Source of the DNA: Alphaproteobacteria bacterium
GTDB taxonomy: Bacteria; Pseudomonadota; Alphaproteobacteria; SP197
Direction of reading: 5' to 3'
NCBI GenBank assembly: GCA_964291265.2
Contig: OZ219747.1
Location: forward strand, 2,944,001-3,008,000
DNA length: 64,000 bases
Shown piece after piece: positions 44,374 through 53,991 of this stretch (its first letter is position 1; each line of letters starts with the position of its first letter). A model generated the notes under the pieces. It was not told the DNA's origin. It searched no databases and saw only the letters and a list, made by a program, of their open reading frames with translations. The translations under genes were made by a program, and so were the position numbers.

Positions 44374-45223
44374 CGACGCCGACCAACACGGTGTCAGGGA
44401 TCACGAGTGGGACGGCATCAGGGAACTCGACACGCCCTTGCCGAGGTGGTGGTTGTGGATTTTCTACGCAACCGTCATCTGGGCAGTCATCTACTGCATT
44501 CTCTACCCCTCCATTCCACTCATCGATGACGCGACCAGCGGCGTTCTGGGCTATTCGAGCCGGGGCGAGCTGGCCCGGACCATGGAGGAGGTCGAACGCT
44601 CGCGTGCCGGAACCATGGAAGAGATCGCAGGGGCGGATCTTGCCGAAATCCGGGCCGACGAGACCTTGGCAACCTTCGCCATTGCCGGTGGCGCGTCTGC
44701 ATTCAGGGTGCATTGCACGCAGTGCCACGGCTCCGGCGCCAGCGGTTCCATCGGCTACCCCAACCTCAACGACGACGACTGGATCTGGGGTGGGTCACTC
44801 GAGGACATCTACCGGACCATCAGCTATGGCGTGCGTGACGATGCGATGGACGACACGCGTTACATGGACATGCCGGCATTCGGTCTCGACGGATTTCTCT
44901 CGTCCGGCGAAATACGGGATGTCACGGCCTACGTCATGTCGCTTTCGGGCGGGGCGGCACATCGGGGTGACGCCGCGGCCGGAAGAGGACTCTACCTCGA
45001 CAACTGCGCCCAGTGCCACGGCGAAACCGGCGAGGGAATGCGCGAGTTCGGCGCTCCGCGACTCTCCGACCCCATCTGGCTCTACGGGGCCGCTGAAGAA
45101 GAGATTAGGCGGCAGATCTTCGCGGCGTCCCACGGCGTGATGCCGGCCTGGAAAGAGCGATTGGGGGAGGGTGTGGTCAAGCAGCTCACGCTCTATGTGC
45201 ACAGCCTGGGAGGCGGCGAATAG
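44366..45223 (+). CDS. ccoP: cbb3-type oxidase subunit III (dihaem cytochrome c)
   Basis: HEWDGIRELDTPLPRWW; two CxxCH motifs (CTQCH, CAQCH). Confidence 0.97.
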   Translation: MSDDADQHGVRDHEWDGIRELDTPLPRWWLWIFYATVIWAVIYCILYPSIPLIDDATSGVLGYSSRGELARTMEEVERSRAGTMEEIAGADLAEIRADETLATFAIAGGASAFRVHCTQCHGSGASGSIGYPNLNDDDWIWGGSLEDIYRTISYGVRDDAMDDTRYMDMPAFGLDGFLSSGEIRDVTAYVMSLSGGAAHRGDAAAGRGLYLDNCAQCHGETGEGMREFGAPRLSDPIWLYGAAEEEIRRQIFAASHGVMPAWKERLGEGVVKQLTLYVHSLGGGE

Positions 45224-45236
45224 CCGGTCGTCGGGA

Positions 45237-46778
45237 ATGACCGTGAGCGACGCGCCCGAAGTCATCGACGCGAGCCCGGTCGATCACCATCGCAAGGGCC
45301 CACTCTATGCCCCGCGCTGGCGCATTCACCCCAAGAGGGTCCAGGGGCGTTTCCGCCGCCTCAAGTGGTGGATCATGGGGGTGACGATGGCCGTCTACTA
45401 CGTCACCCCGTGGCTGCGCTGGGACAGAGGTCCCCATGTTTCCGACCAGGCCGTTCTCGTGGACCTGGAAAACCGACGGTTCTTTTTCTTTTTCATTGAG
45501 ATATGGCCCCACGAACTCTACTTTGTCGCCGGACTTCTGGTCATGGCCGGCCTCGGTCTGTTCCTCGTTACCTCGACCGTCGGGCGGGCCTGGTGCGGCT
45601 ACACCTGCCCGCAGACAGTCTGGGTCGACCTGTTTCTTGCCGTGGAGGGGTTCGTCGAGGGCGACAGGCTGAAACGAATCCGTCTCGACGGTGCGCCCTG
45701 GACCTTCGACAAGCTGCGCAAACGGGTCTTCAAGCATGCCGTTTGGTTGCTGATTGCCGTGGCCACCGGCGGTGCCTGGATCTTCTACTTCGCCGATGCC
45801 CCCACTCTCGCCGCGGCCCTTGTGACGGCCGACGCGCCTGCCATCGCCTACACGACCGTCGCCTTCCTGACGGCCACGACCTATGTGCTGGGCGGGCTGC
45901 TGAGGGAGCAGGTCTGCGTCTACATGTGTCCGTGGCCTCGCATACAGGGAGCCATGCTGGACGAGCATTCACTGACGGTGACCTACAATGAATGGCGCGG
46001 CGAACCGCGGTCGCGCCATGTCAGACGCCATGAACACTCGTCGACCGGTGACTGTGTCGACTGCAATGCCTGTGTTGCCGTCTGCCCCATGGGTATCGAC
46101 ATCCGCGAGGGGCAGCAGTTCGAGTGCATCACCTGCGCCCTGTGCATGGATGCCTGCGATCACGTGATGCAGAAGCTGGAGCGCCCGGAAGGGCTGATTT
46201 CCTATGCAACACTTGCTGACCATGAGGTCAACATGGCACTGGCGCGCAAGGGCGACGGAACGATCGATCCGGCGCGGGTCCGGGATGGCAAGGGTGACCT
46301 GATTGCCGCCGTGCGCCGGATGTCGCTGCGCCGGCTGATTCGTCCGCGGACCATGGCCTACACTGCCGCCTGGACGGCCATCGGACTTGTCATGATCGCC
46401 ATTCTCATGACGCGGGACCGTGTCGACCTTCATGTGGTCCACGATCGCAACCCGGTGTTTGTCCAGTTGACCGACGGCGCCATCCGCAACGGCTACACCG
46501 TCAAGGTCCTCAACATGCGCCCGGAACCCCGCGAGTTCCGCCTCAGCACCCTTGAGCCTCCAGGCGTCCTTCTGCGCAGCGCCGGTTCGACAGAGCAGCC
46601 GGCACCGACCCTCACCCTTGCCGCTGCCGCCGATTCCCTTGAGGCGAGGAAGATCTTCCTGCGGCTTCCCCGCGAAGATCTAGGCCAGGCCCGCGTTCCC
46701 GTTGTCTTTGTCATCGAGGACCTGGAGGACGGCACCAGTGCCGGTTACGAGGCCGTATTCGAAGGGCCGCCGCCATGA
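45237..46778 (+). CDS. ccoG: Cytochrome c oxidase accessory ferredoxin CcoG/FixG
   Basis: GRAWCGYTCPQT, CVYMCPWPRIQ, CVDCNACVAVCPMGIDIR, CITCALCMDAC. Confidence 0.96.
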   Translation: MTVSDAPEVIDASPVDHHRKGPLYAPRWRIHPKRVQGRFRRLKWWIMGVTMAVYYVTPWLRWDRGPHVSDQAVLVDLENRRFFFFFIEIWPHELYFVAGLLVMAGLGLFLVTSTVGRAWCGYTCPQTVWVDLFLAVEGFVEGDRLKRIRLDGAPWTFDKLRKRVFKHAVWLLIAVATGGAWIFYFADAPTLAAALVTADAPAIAYTTVAFLTATTYVLGGLLREQVCVYMCPWPRIQGAMLDEHSLTVTYNEWRGEPRSRHVRRHEHSSTGDCVDCNACVAVCPMGIDIREGQQFECITCALCMDACDHVMQKLERPEGLISYATLADHEVNMALARKGDGTIDPARVRDGKGDLIAAVRRMSLRRLIRPRTMAYTAAWTAIGLVMIAILMTRDRVDLHVVHDRNPVFVQLTDGAIRNGYTVKVLNMRPEPREFRLSTLEPPGVLLRSAGSTEQPAPTLTLAAAADSLEARKIFLRLPREDLGQARVPVVFVIEDLEDGTSAGYEAVFEGPPP

Positions 46779-47254
46779 CGGCGCCTCGAACCATCACCGG
46801 TCGTCACGTCCTGTGGGTATTCGTGGCTTTCTTCGGAGCCATTGTCGCCGTCAATCTGGCCCTCGCTGTCATTGCCGAGAGAAACTGGACCGGGCTTGTG
46901 GTTCCGTCGAGTCATGTTGCTGGCCAGCGTTTCAACGAGCATCTCGCCGCGGCGGCAAGGCAGGCCGAGCTTGGCTGGCGGGGTACGCTGGTGGTGGACG
47001 GCGATCGTCTGGGTTTCACTCTGGTGGACAGTCAGGGAGAACCGGTTGCGATGGTCCTTGCCCTCGTGACGCTCGAACGACCGGTCGGTACCGACGACGA
47101 TCCCGGAACCATCGCCATGACGGTCACCGGCGGACAGGCCAGCCTTGATGTCCCGTTGCCGACAGGTGTGTGGAACGTGAGAGTCGAGGCCACGGCCTCC
47201 TCCGGTGACAGGTTCCGGCTTGACGACCGGATCAACGTCCGTGACAGGACCTGA
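46775..47254 (+). CDS. ccoH: FixH/CcoH
   Basis: TGRHVL..FVAFFG.IVAVN, WTGLVV; cluster position. Confidence 0.9.
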   Translation: MTAPRTITGRHVLWVFVAFFGAIVAVNLALAVIAERNWTGLVVPSSHVAGQRFNEHLAAAARQAELGWRGTLVVDGDRLGFTLVDSQGEPVAMVLALVTLERPVGTDDDPGTIAMTVTGGQASLDVPLPTGVWNVRVEATASSGDRFRLDDRINVRDRT

Positions 47255-49391
47255 GGGAGTCCTGGACCGACCTCCTGGAGAGGTGATGCTCGCGGTCCCT
47301 GCCATGCACTGTGGCGCCTGCATGCGGACCATCGAAGAAGGCCTCGGCCGCATGCCCGGCATCCTGCAGGCCAGGGTCAATCTGACAAGGCGCCAGGTGC
47401 GCGTGGTTTTCGACGAGGCGTCCCTGTCGGACAGTCAGGTCATCGACTCCCTCAAGGCCCTCGGGTATGCCGCCCACCGGGCGGGCGACGACGATCTGGC
47501 GCGACACGACGAGGCCCGCTACCGCAGGTTGGTGCTGTCGCTTGCCGTGTCGGGGTTTGCTGCCGGCAACATCATGCTGCTCTCCGTGTCCATATGGTCG
47601 GGGGCCGGCGAGTCGACGAGGGAGCTGTTTCACTGGATTTCGGCGCTGATCGCCATCCCCGCCGTCCTCTGGGCTGGCCAGCCATTCTTTTCGAGCGCCG
47701 CGGGCGCTCTGAAGGTCCGGCGTCTCAACATGGATGTGCCCGTCTCCCTGGCCATCCTCCTTGCCCTCGTCCTGTCGTCCATCGAGACCCTGAACGGCGG
47801 CGAACATGCCTGGTTCGATGCTGCAGTGACGCTCCTCTTCTTCCTGCTCATCGGTCGCACCCTTGACCACCTGATGCGCCGACGGGCGGTCGGAGCCGCC
47901 GCCTTGCTGTCGCGCCTCGTACCTCGTCATGCGGTCGTGGTGGCGCCCGACGGGAGCGAGGCCAGGGTCGAGGTGGATCGGGTGCGCCCCGGTGACATGG
48001 TGCTCATTCATCCGCAGGAGAGGATCCCGGTGGATGGCACGCTCGTTGATCTGCACGCGCTTGTCGATACGAGCCTAGTGACGGGAGAGGCCGAACCGGT
48101 CTCGCTCAGGGAGGGCGCATCCTTGCTCTCCGGAATGCTCAATCTCGGCAGCACCCTGAGTTTGCGGGCCAGCCGCGAGGCGTCGGAGAGTTTCGTCGCC
48201 AACATGACGCGCATGATGGAAGAAGCGGAATCGGCAAGATTGCGCTACCGCCGCCTGTCGGATCGTGCGGCGGCGCTCTATGCGCCCCTGGTTCACGCTC
48301 TTGCCGCCCTCGCCTTCGTGGTATGGTGGAGCTTCACCGGCGATGCTTGGCGTGCCGCCTACACGGCCATCACGGTCCTCATCATCACCTGTCCCTGCGC
48401 CCTTGCCCTTGCCGTTCCCATGGTGCAGGTCGTCGCCTCGTCGGTGCTCTTCCGTTCCGGGCTCCTGCTGCGCAACGGCGTTGCCCTCGAACGCCTGGCG
48501 CGGGTCAACCGGGTGGTCTTCGACAAGACGGGAACCCTGACCGGCGGTCTGCAGGTGGTCGGCGGGGAGGGCGTCTGCGACGAGGCTCTGGGACTGGCGG
48601 CCCGCCTGGCCACGGCGTCACATCACCCGCGATCCCGAGCGATCCTTGAACTGGCGGCACGGCGTGACGTGAAGCCTGCGGGGATGGGTTCGCTGCAGGA
48701 GGTTCCGGGGTGCGGTGTCGAGATGGCCGACAACGATGGACTCGTGCGTCTTGGCCGCCCCGACTGGGCACATGGTGGCGAAGACGATACGAACGGCGCC
48801 ACGGTGTTGACGGTTGATGGCGATGTGCTGGCGGAGTTCCGATTTGTCGAGACCCTTCGCAGGGACGCAGGGGAGGCGGTCGAAGAACTCGCCGCAATGG
48901 GGCTTGTCAGCGAGGTCGTCTCCGGTGATGTCTCATCGAGGGTTCTTGATCTTGCTGGTCGTCTCTCGCTTGAACGCCTGACCGGTGATGCCCGCCCGGC
49001 CGACAAGACGGCACGGCTCGCCGAACTCCAAAGCCGGGGGGGCCACGTGTTGATGGTCGGAGACGGTCTCAACGACGGCCCTGCACTGACGGCTGCCCAT
49101 GCCTCCATGGCACCCTCTCATGCCGCAGATGTCAGCCGCCAGGCGACTGACATCGTTTTTCTGGGCAAGACCCTGCGATCGGTCCCCTTCGCCATTCGCC
49201 TGGCAAGGAGGGCGAGGATGCTGATGCTGCAGAATCTCGGTCTTTCGGCATTGTACAATGCGATCGCGGTACCAGTGGCCTTCCTCGGTCTCGCCACGCC
49301 CCTGGTCGCAGCAATCGCCATGTCGGTCTCATCCCTGGTGGTGACCGCGAACGCCCTGCGGCTTCTTCTCACGACACCTCTCGAGAGATGA
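47241..49391 (+). CDS. ccoI: Cu-translocating P1B-type ATPase FixI/CcoI
   Basis: HMA MHCGAC, TGE, CPCALALA, DKTGTLT, GDGLND; start approximate. Confidence 0.95.
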   Translation: MTGPEGVLDRPPGEVMLAVPAMHCGACMRTIEEGLGRMPGILQARVNLTRRQVRVVFDEASLSDSQVIDSLKALGYAAHRAGDDDLARHDEARYRRLVLSLAVSGFAAGNIMLLSVSIWSGAGESTRELFHWISALIAIPAVLWAGQPFFSSAAGALKVRRLNMDVPVSLAILLALVLSSIETLNGGEHAWFDAAVTLLFFLLIGRTLDHLMRRRAVGAAALLSRLVPRHAVVVAPDGSEARVEVDRVRPGDMVLIHPQERIPVDGTLVDLHALVDTSLVTGEAEPVSLREGASLLSGMLNLGSTLSLRASREASESFVANMTRMMEEAESARLRYRRLSDRAAALYAPLVHALAALAFVVWWSFTGDAWRAAYTAITVLIITCPCALALAVPMVQVVASSVLFRSGLLLRNGVALERLARVNRVVFDKTGTLTGGLQVVGGEGVCDEALGLAARLATASHHPRSRAILELAARRDVKPAGMGSLQEVPGCGVEMADNDGLVRLGRPDWAHGGEDDTNGATVLTVDGDVLAEFRFVETLRRDAGEAVEELAAMGLVSEVVSGDVSSRVLDLAGRLSLERLTGDARPADKTARLAELQSRGGHVLMVGDGLNDGPALTAAHASMAPSHAADVSRQATDIVFLGKTLRSVPFAIRLARRARMLMLQNLGLSALYNAIAVPVAFLGLATPLVAAIAMSVSSLVVTANALRLLLTTPLER

Positions 49392-49558
49392 GCGGTCTTG
49401 TCATTCTCATTCCCGTCGCCCTGCTGCTCGGCGCCCTTGGCCTCGCCGCATTCTTCTGGGCGCTCAGGAACGGACAGTACGATGATCCCGGCGGTTCGGC
49501 CGAACGCATTCTTGACGATGACCGGGAGAATCGGGACCCACCCGAGACCTGGCCATGA
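49388..49558 (+). CDS. ccoS: cbb3 oxidase maturation protein CcoS/FixS, 56 aa, not in the ORF track
   Basis: LIPVALLLG...FFWALRNGQYDDPGGSAERILDDD. Confidence 0.93.
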   Translation: MSGLVILIPVALLLGALGLAAFFWALRNGQYDDPGGSAERILDDDRENRDPPETWP

Positions 49559-49673
49559 ACCGGACATCATGGCGGGCGGCATGGAACGGCCTCGTCAGCT
49601 ATGCCGGAATTCGCTCGATTCACCCCCCGGCAGGTCCATGACGATCCTCCGGGCCGGCGCCCATCCCATGTTC

Positions 49674-50432
49674 TCAGCGACTCATGATCGATGGCAGCGG
49701 CAGCTTCGATCGACGACCGCCGTCGATGGCGATGACCTGCCCCGTGACAAAGCGTGCCTCGTCGCCGGCCAGCCAGGCGACGACATCGCCGACATCTGCC
49801 GGATCGCCGATATGGCCGACCGGGTGCAGTCTGGCCAGTTCGGCGGTCACGAGATCACGGTCGGGATGGGCTTCGACATAGGCCTTGTTGAGATCGGTGT
49901 CGATCCAACCAGGCGCCACTGCGTTGCAACGAATGCCATGGGGCCCAAGGTCGACGGCCAGCGCGACGGTCAGGCCGTGGATCCCGGCCTTGGAGGCGGC
50001 ATAGGCGGCATGGTTGGGGTTGCACGCCATCCCCTCCACCGAGCCGATGTTGACGATCGCGCCGCCACCGCGCGCTGTCATCATCGGCACCAGGTGCTTC
50101 GCCATCAGGAAAGGGCCGCGCAGGTTGATCGACATCATGCGGTCCCAGTCGGCCGCGCTCTGCTCGGCGAGGGACTTCTCGAACATGATGCCTGCGTTGT
50201 TGACCAGGATGTCGACACCACCTTCGGACGAGACGGCCGAGGCGAAACGGACAATCGAATTCTCGTCGGCGACGTCCAGCGACTTCCAGGCCACTCCCTC
50301 GTGCAGGGGTCTCTGCAAGTCTCCGGCCACAACGCTTGCGCCGGCCTTGATCAGGCGTCGACAGATCGCCAGTCCGATTCCCTGCGCGCCGCCCGTGACC
50401 ACGGCGCACCTGCCGGCCAGGGGCGCCTTCAT
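49674..50432 (-). CDS. SDR-family oxidoreductase
   Basis: TGGAQGIG, NNAG, YAASK, NAVAPGWIDT. Confidence 0.93.
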   Translation of the reverse strand: MKAPLAGRCAVVTGGAQGIGLAICRRLIKAGASVVAGDLQRPLHEGVAWKSLDVADENSIVRFASAVSSEGGVDILVNNAGIMFEKSLAEQSAADWDRMMSINLRGPFLMAKHLVPMMTARGGGAIVNIGSVEGMACNPNHAAYAASKAGIHGLTVALAVDLGPHGIRCNAVAPGWIDTDLNKAYVEAHPDRDLVTAELARLHPVGHIGDPADVGDVVAWLAGDEARFVTGQVIAIDGGRRSKLPLPSIMSR

Positions 50433-51199
50433 TGTGCCGTGTACCCGCCATCGACGGGAATCGCGGCTCCCGTCATGTGCAGGCAGTCGTCGCTGGCCAG
50501 GAAGACGATCAACCGGGCGACTTCCTCGGGCCGGGGGACACGCGCCTGTGGAATGCGCTCGCGGCTGCGCGCATGCACCTCGTCCGGCGTGTTGCCATCG
50601 CCATGGTGTCCCGACACCAGCATCGGCGTGTCGACAGCGCCCGGACACACCGCATTCACCCGGATTCCGTCCGTGGCGTGATCGAGTGCCAGGGCCCGGG
50701 TGAGGTTCACCACGGCTCCCTTCGAAGCACAGTAGGCCGGCATGCCCGGCGTTCCGACAAGCCCGACGGTGGAGGCGACGTTGATGATCACGCCGCCGCC
50801 CTGATCGCGCATGGCCCGGATGGCTGCCCGCGCCATGAAGAACGTGCCGTCCAGATTGGTCGCCATGACCCGGCGCCAGGCCTCGTCATCGGTCCCGATA
50901 GCGTTTCCACGCCACATGACCCCGGCGACGTTGGCCAGCACATCCAGGCGGCCGAAATCGGAAACCGTGCGCGCGACCGCGTCGTCGCAAAAGGACGAAG
51001 CACTGACGTCACCCAGGAGGGTGGCTCCGTCGGAGCCTGCATCGTGCACGCGTTGCAGCACCGCCGCCGCCCTGTCGGCATCCCGGCCCGTGACCATGAC
51101 CCTGGCACCGGCGGCCGCGGCTGCCACTGCGGTCGCCGCGCCGATTCCCGATGTCGCTCCCGTGATCAACGCGACCCTGCCTCGAAGCACCTTGCTCAA
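50429..51199 (-). CDS. SDR-family oxidoreductase
   Basis: TGATSGIG, NVAG, YCASK, NAVCPGAVDT; probable TTG start overlapping the upstream stop. Confidence 0.92.
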   Translation of the reverse strand: MSKVLRGRVALITGATSGIGAATAVAAAAAGARVMVTGRDADRAAAVLQRVHDAGSDGATLLGDVSASSFCDDAVARTVSDFGRLDVLANVAGVMWRGNAIGTDDEAWRRVMATNLDGTFFMARAAIRAMRDQGGGVIINVASTVGLVGTPGMPAYCASKGAVVNLTRALALDHATDGIRVNAVCPGAVDTPMLVSGHHGDGNTPDEVHARSRERIPQARVPRPEEVARLIVFLASDDCLHMTGAAIPVDGGYTAQ

Positions 51200-51562
51200 A
51201 GCTCCCGTCCTGCCCTGTAGCGACGAAAGGCGAAGTTGAAGGTAACGCCCCAACCCAGGAACGGTCTGGCCGGCAGGCGATCCGGGCGCCCTGCCGCCTG
51301 CATGTAAGCCAGGAGTTCCGATTCGCGCCCGATCGCCAGCTCGGCCAGCAGCTTGCCGCAGATCGTGCCGCGCGCGACACCGACGCCGTTGTGGCAGAAA
51401 CTGCCGTAGATTCCATCAGCCAGGGCGCCGAACACGGGTTGGCCGTTTCGCGACAGCGCGAGAGGCCCGCCCCAAGTGTACTCGAGGTCGACCTCCGGCA
51501 ACATCGGAAAGCGGTTGGCGAAGGATTTCCTGTGTGTGGTGCGGGCACGCAGCCGCCTTGCC
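51196..51562 (-). pseudogene. FAD-dependent oxidoreductase (DAO/PuuB-like), 3' part downstream of the IS insertion
   Basis: RFPMLPEVDLEYTWGG...CHNGVGVARGTICG; in frame with the 5' part once the IS is removed. Confidence 0.9.
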
Positions 51563-53991
51563 CTACCTATTAGTCACAAATCGTGCAGGACGTGATCGTG
51601 TCCTTCCGACGTCGGATCCAGATCGAGGGCCTCGAGCAGGCATTCATAGGCCAGGGCAGCGGTGGCCAGTCGCGGATAGCCATGCCACATCGTCTGGTTG
51701 CCCGGCGCCGGATCATGCTTGCGGTCCAGATACCCGCCGAGGATCGCCACCAGCTTCACCGCCGCCCCCAGCGTGTCGGGCGGGTCCAGCCGGTATCGCC
51801 GGGCATAGTCGCCGAGGAAGCGGAGTTCCAGGTCCGAGAACAGGCAGTCGGGCTTCATCGTCGGCACATCCCGCCCGAGCAGGGTCATCAGGGCAAGACG
51901 CCAGGCGATCACGGCGTGGATGGTGATCTGCCGTTCCAGGCGGCAGGCCTTGCGCGTCGCCAGGTGCTCCACCCGGCAGCCGGACTTCAGCACCCGGAAC
52001 CAGCATTCGATCCGCCAGCGCAGCGCGTACCAGCCGACGATCTCCTGGGCCGCTTCGGCGTGGTCCACAGGAAGGTCGGTCAACAGGAACCATTCCACCG
52101 GAGCTTCCCCGGCCGGCGGGGCCGTCTCGAGGAGATGCAGCGCGGTCACGGCCACGGGCGCGGCATCGGGGCAGCCAGCGGTCGCCGGCAGCGTGGTCGA
52201 CAACCAGCGCAACTCCAGCACCGCGTTCCGCCGGGCAGTGCGGCCGGGCTGCTTCTTGCGCCCCGAGGACTTCGGCCGGGCCGTCAGGCGGGGTATGTCG
52301 ATCTGCATGGTGCCGCGGCAGGCAGACGTACGTAGTCGGGTGAACAGCTTCGCAGCCCCGCGCTTGAGAACCCGGTCATGTCGAGCCCGCACCAGCATCG
52401 ACAGACGGCGATGCTGCCGGCACCGGTCGAACAGTTCGAAGAAGTCCGCTTCCCGGTCCATCACGCACACGACCTTCACCCCGGTCGTCCGGGCCGCGAG
52501 GTCCGCGATGTCGTCGAGACCGTCGAGCCAGCGCTGCGACTTGCGCCGGGACATCTCGACATCCTCGCCCGAACCGGTCTTTGCCCGGGGGCGGGGAGGA
52601 GCGTCGAAGGCAAGACGCGCCACCCCCAGCGGCAGGCCTTCGCCGCTGACAACGTAGCTGGCGTGCAGGTGCAGGCCCAGGGTCTGCGAGGCCGTCTGGT
52701 TCGTGCCGATGATGCCCAGACCGTCGCAGCCCGGACGGGTCGCGAAGTTCAGGTCCGTCCCGTCCTGAATGCACAACGCCACCCGCTGGCCGCACATCCG
52801 CTGCACCGTTCGTTGACGGTGCGGCGCCAGGATGTTCGCCGGGGTCACCGCCGACGTCTCCGGCTGATCCAGGAACCGATAATAGGCCCGGACACCGGCA
52901 GGATCCGGGCGCGCCAGACCGCTGTAGGACGACATCGGACTCTCTCCCTGTCTTCGTGCAATCTCCACCAGGCGCGCACTCAGACGCCGGTCGCCGATCG
53001 GCGCTCCCCCGAACTCGTGGTGCGCCCACGCCGAGGCGTCCAGACCCTCCCCCGGGGACAGGGCCGGCATCGGCTCCGCCACCCCCAGCTTGTGCCGCCA
53101 GTCCCGGTCCAGAACGTACATGTACACGGCCTTGACGCTCTCGGCCATCTCGCGCGCGCGGTCCTGACGGCCTCGGCCCCGGGTGAACCCCACGAGCTGC
53201 CAGTTCGCCGCCCGCAGGCTCGCACCGTCGCGCGTCGGGTCGACATAGGTCTCGACCAGCCATGGCAGGAACCCGTAGCGCTGCGCAACATCGGCGCCCA
53301 GGCGAGACAGGCACATCGACAGCGTCTTCGACGCAAGGTTCGCAACCGGCACCCGGATCAGAAACCGGCTCATCGACAGCACCCGGTGTCGCTCCGCACG
53401 ACGCCGGTCGGCATCCCAGCCGATCCAGGCATCCCGATCCGCCACCTTCAGCGCCGCTGCGGCAAAGCCGAAACCGCCGAGACAGCCGTGAGCGGAATCC
53501 ACCAGATAGCGCAGCTGATGACCGGCCAGAATGGGAGCGCCGAGAAAGTGCTCCCGCGCCATCAGTTCGTTCCAGAGCGCCCGTTCGGCATCCGTGCGCA
53601 CCAGCAGGATCCGCAGACCCTGGATCGCCGCCACGCTCGCCGGCACATCACGCGGCTTCTCCACCGCCTCGCCGAGCCGGCGGGGCGTTGCCCGACGCCG
53701 CTGACCGGAGGGCTCCGGCAAGCCCTCGATCCTGCCCTGCGATGCCAGCTGCTTCAGGGCCACGACACAGCTCGATACCCGCTCGCGTCCCCGTGCGTCC
53801 CGCAGGCCGAAGTGCCGGCACACTTCCAGCGCCAGGCGGTTTTGACTACTATCGCCGCTCTCGGTGACGATCGACTGCAGGCGATCGAGCTGGTCCTCAA
53901 GGACACGTTTGATCGGAATGTGTGCTTCCATGCAGGGCAGGGTGCACCATCCGAATCATCTTGTCCAGCACGATTTATGACTAAAGGGCAG
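51563..53991 (-). mobile_element. Intact IS4-family (IS50/Tn5-like) element, 2429 bp
   Basis: 29-bp IRs with 24/29 identity (CTACCTATTAGTCACAAATCGTGCAGGAC vs CTGCCCTTTAGTCATAAATCGTGCTGGAC); 8-bp TSD GCCTTGCC at 51555-51562 and 53992-53999. Confidence 0.95.
51574..53931 (-). CDS. DUF4338 / IS4 (Tn5-like) transposase fusion, 785 aa
   Basis: N-half EHFLG, SRFLI, NLAS, ETYVD..GASLRAANW..VG.TRGRGRQD; C-half WAHHEFG..GDRRL, IQDGT, MDREAD, YALRWRIE..FRVLKSG (YREK). Confidence 0.92.
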   Translation of the reverse strand: MEAHIPIKRVLEDQLDRLQSIVTESGDSSQNRLALEVCRHFGLRDARGRERVSSCVVALKQLASQGRIEGLPEPSGQRRRATPRRLGEAVEKPRDVPASVAAIQGLRILLVRTDAERALWNELMAREHFLGAPILAGHQLRYLVDSAHGCLGGFGFAAAALKVADRDAWIGWDADRRRAERHRVLSMSRFLIRVPVANLASKTLSMCLSRLGADVAQRYGFLPWLVETYVDPTRDGASLRAANWQLVGFTRGRGRQDRAREMAESVKAVYMYVLDRDWRHKLGVAEPMPALSPGEGLDASAWAHHEFGGAPIGDRRLSARLVEIARRQGESPMSSYSGLARPDPAGVRAYYRFLDQPETSAVTPANILAPHRQRTVQRMCGQRVALCIQDGTDLNFATRPGCDGLGIIGTNQTASQTLGLHLHASYVVSGEGLPLGVARLAFDAPPRPRAKTGSGEDVEMSRRKSQRWLDGLDDIADLAARTTGVKVVCVMDREADFFELFDRCRQHRRLSMLVRARHDRVLKRGAAKLFTRLRTSACRGTMQIDIPRLTARPKSSGRKKQPGRTARRNAVLELRWLSTTLPATAGCPDAAPVAVTALHLLETAPPAGEAPVEWFLLTDLPVDHAEAAQEIVGWYALRWRIECWFRVLKSGCRVEHLATRKACRLERQITIHAVIAWRLALMTLLGRDVPTMKPDCLFSDLELRFLGDYARRYRLDPPDTLGAAVKLVAILGGYLDRKHDPAPGNQTMWHGYPRLATAALAYECLLEALDLDPTSEGHDHVLHDL

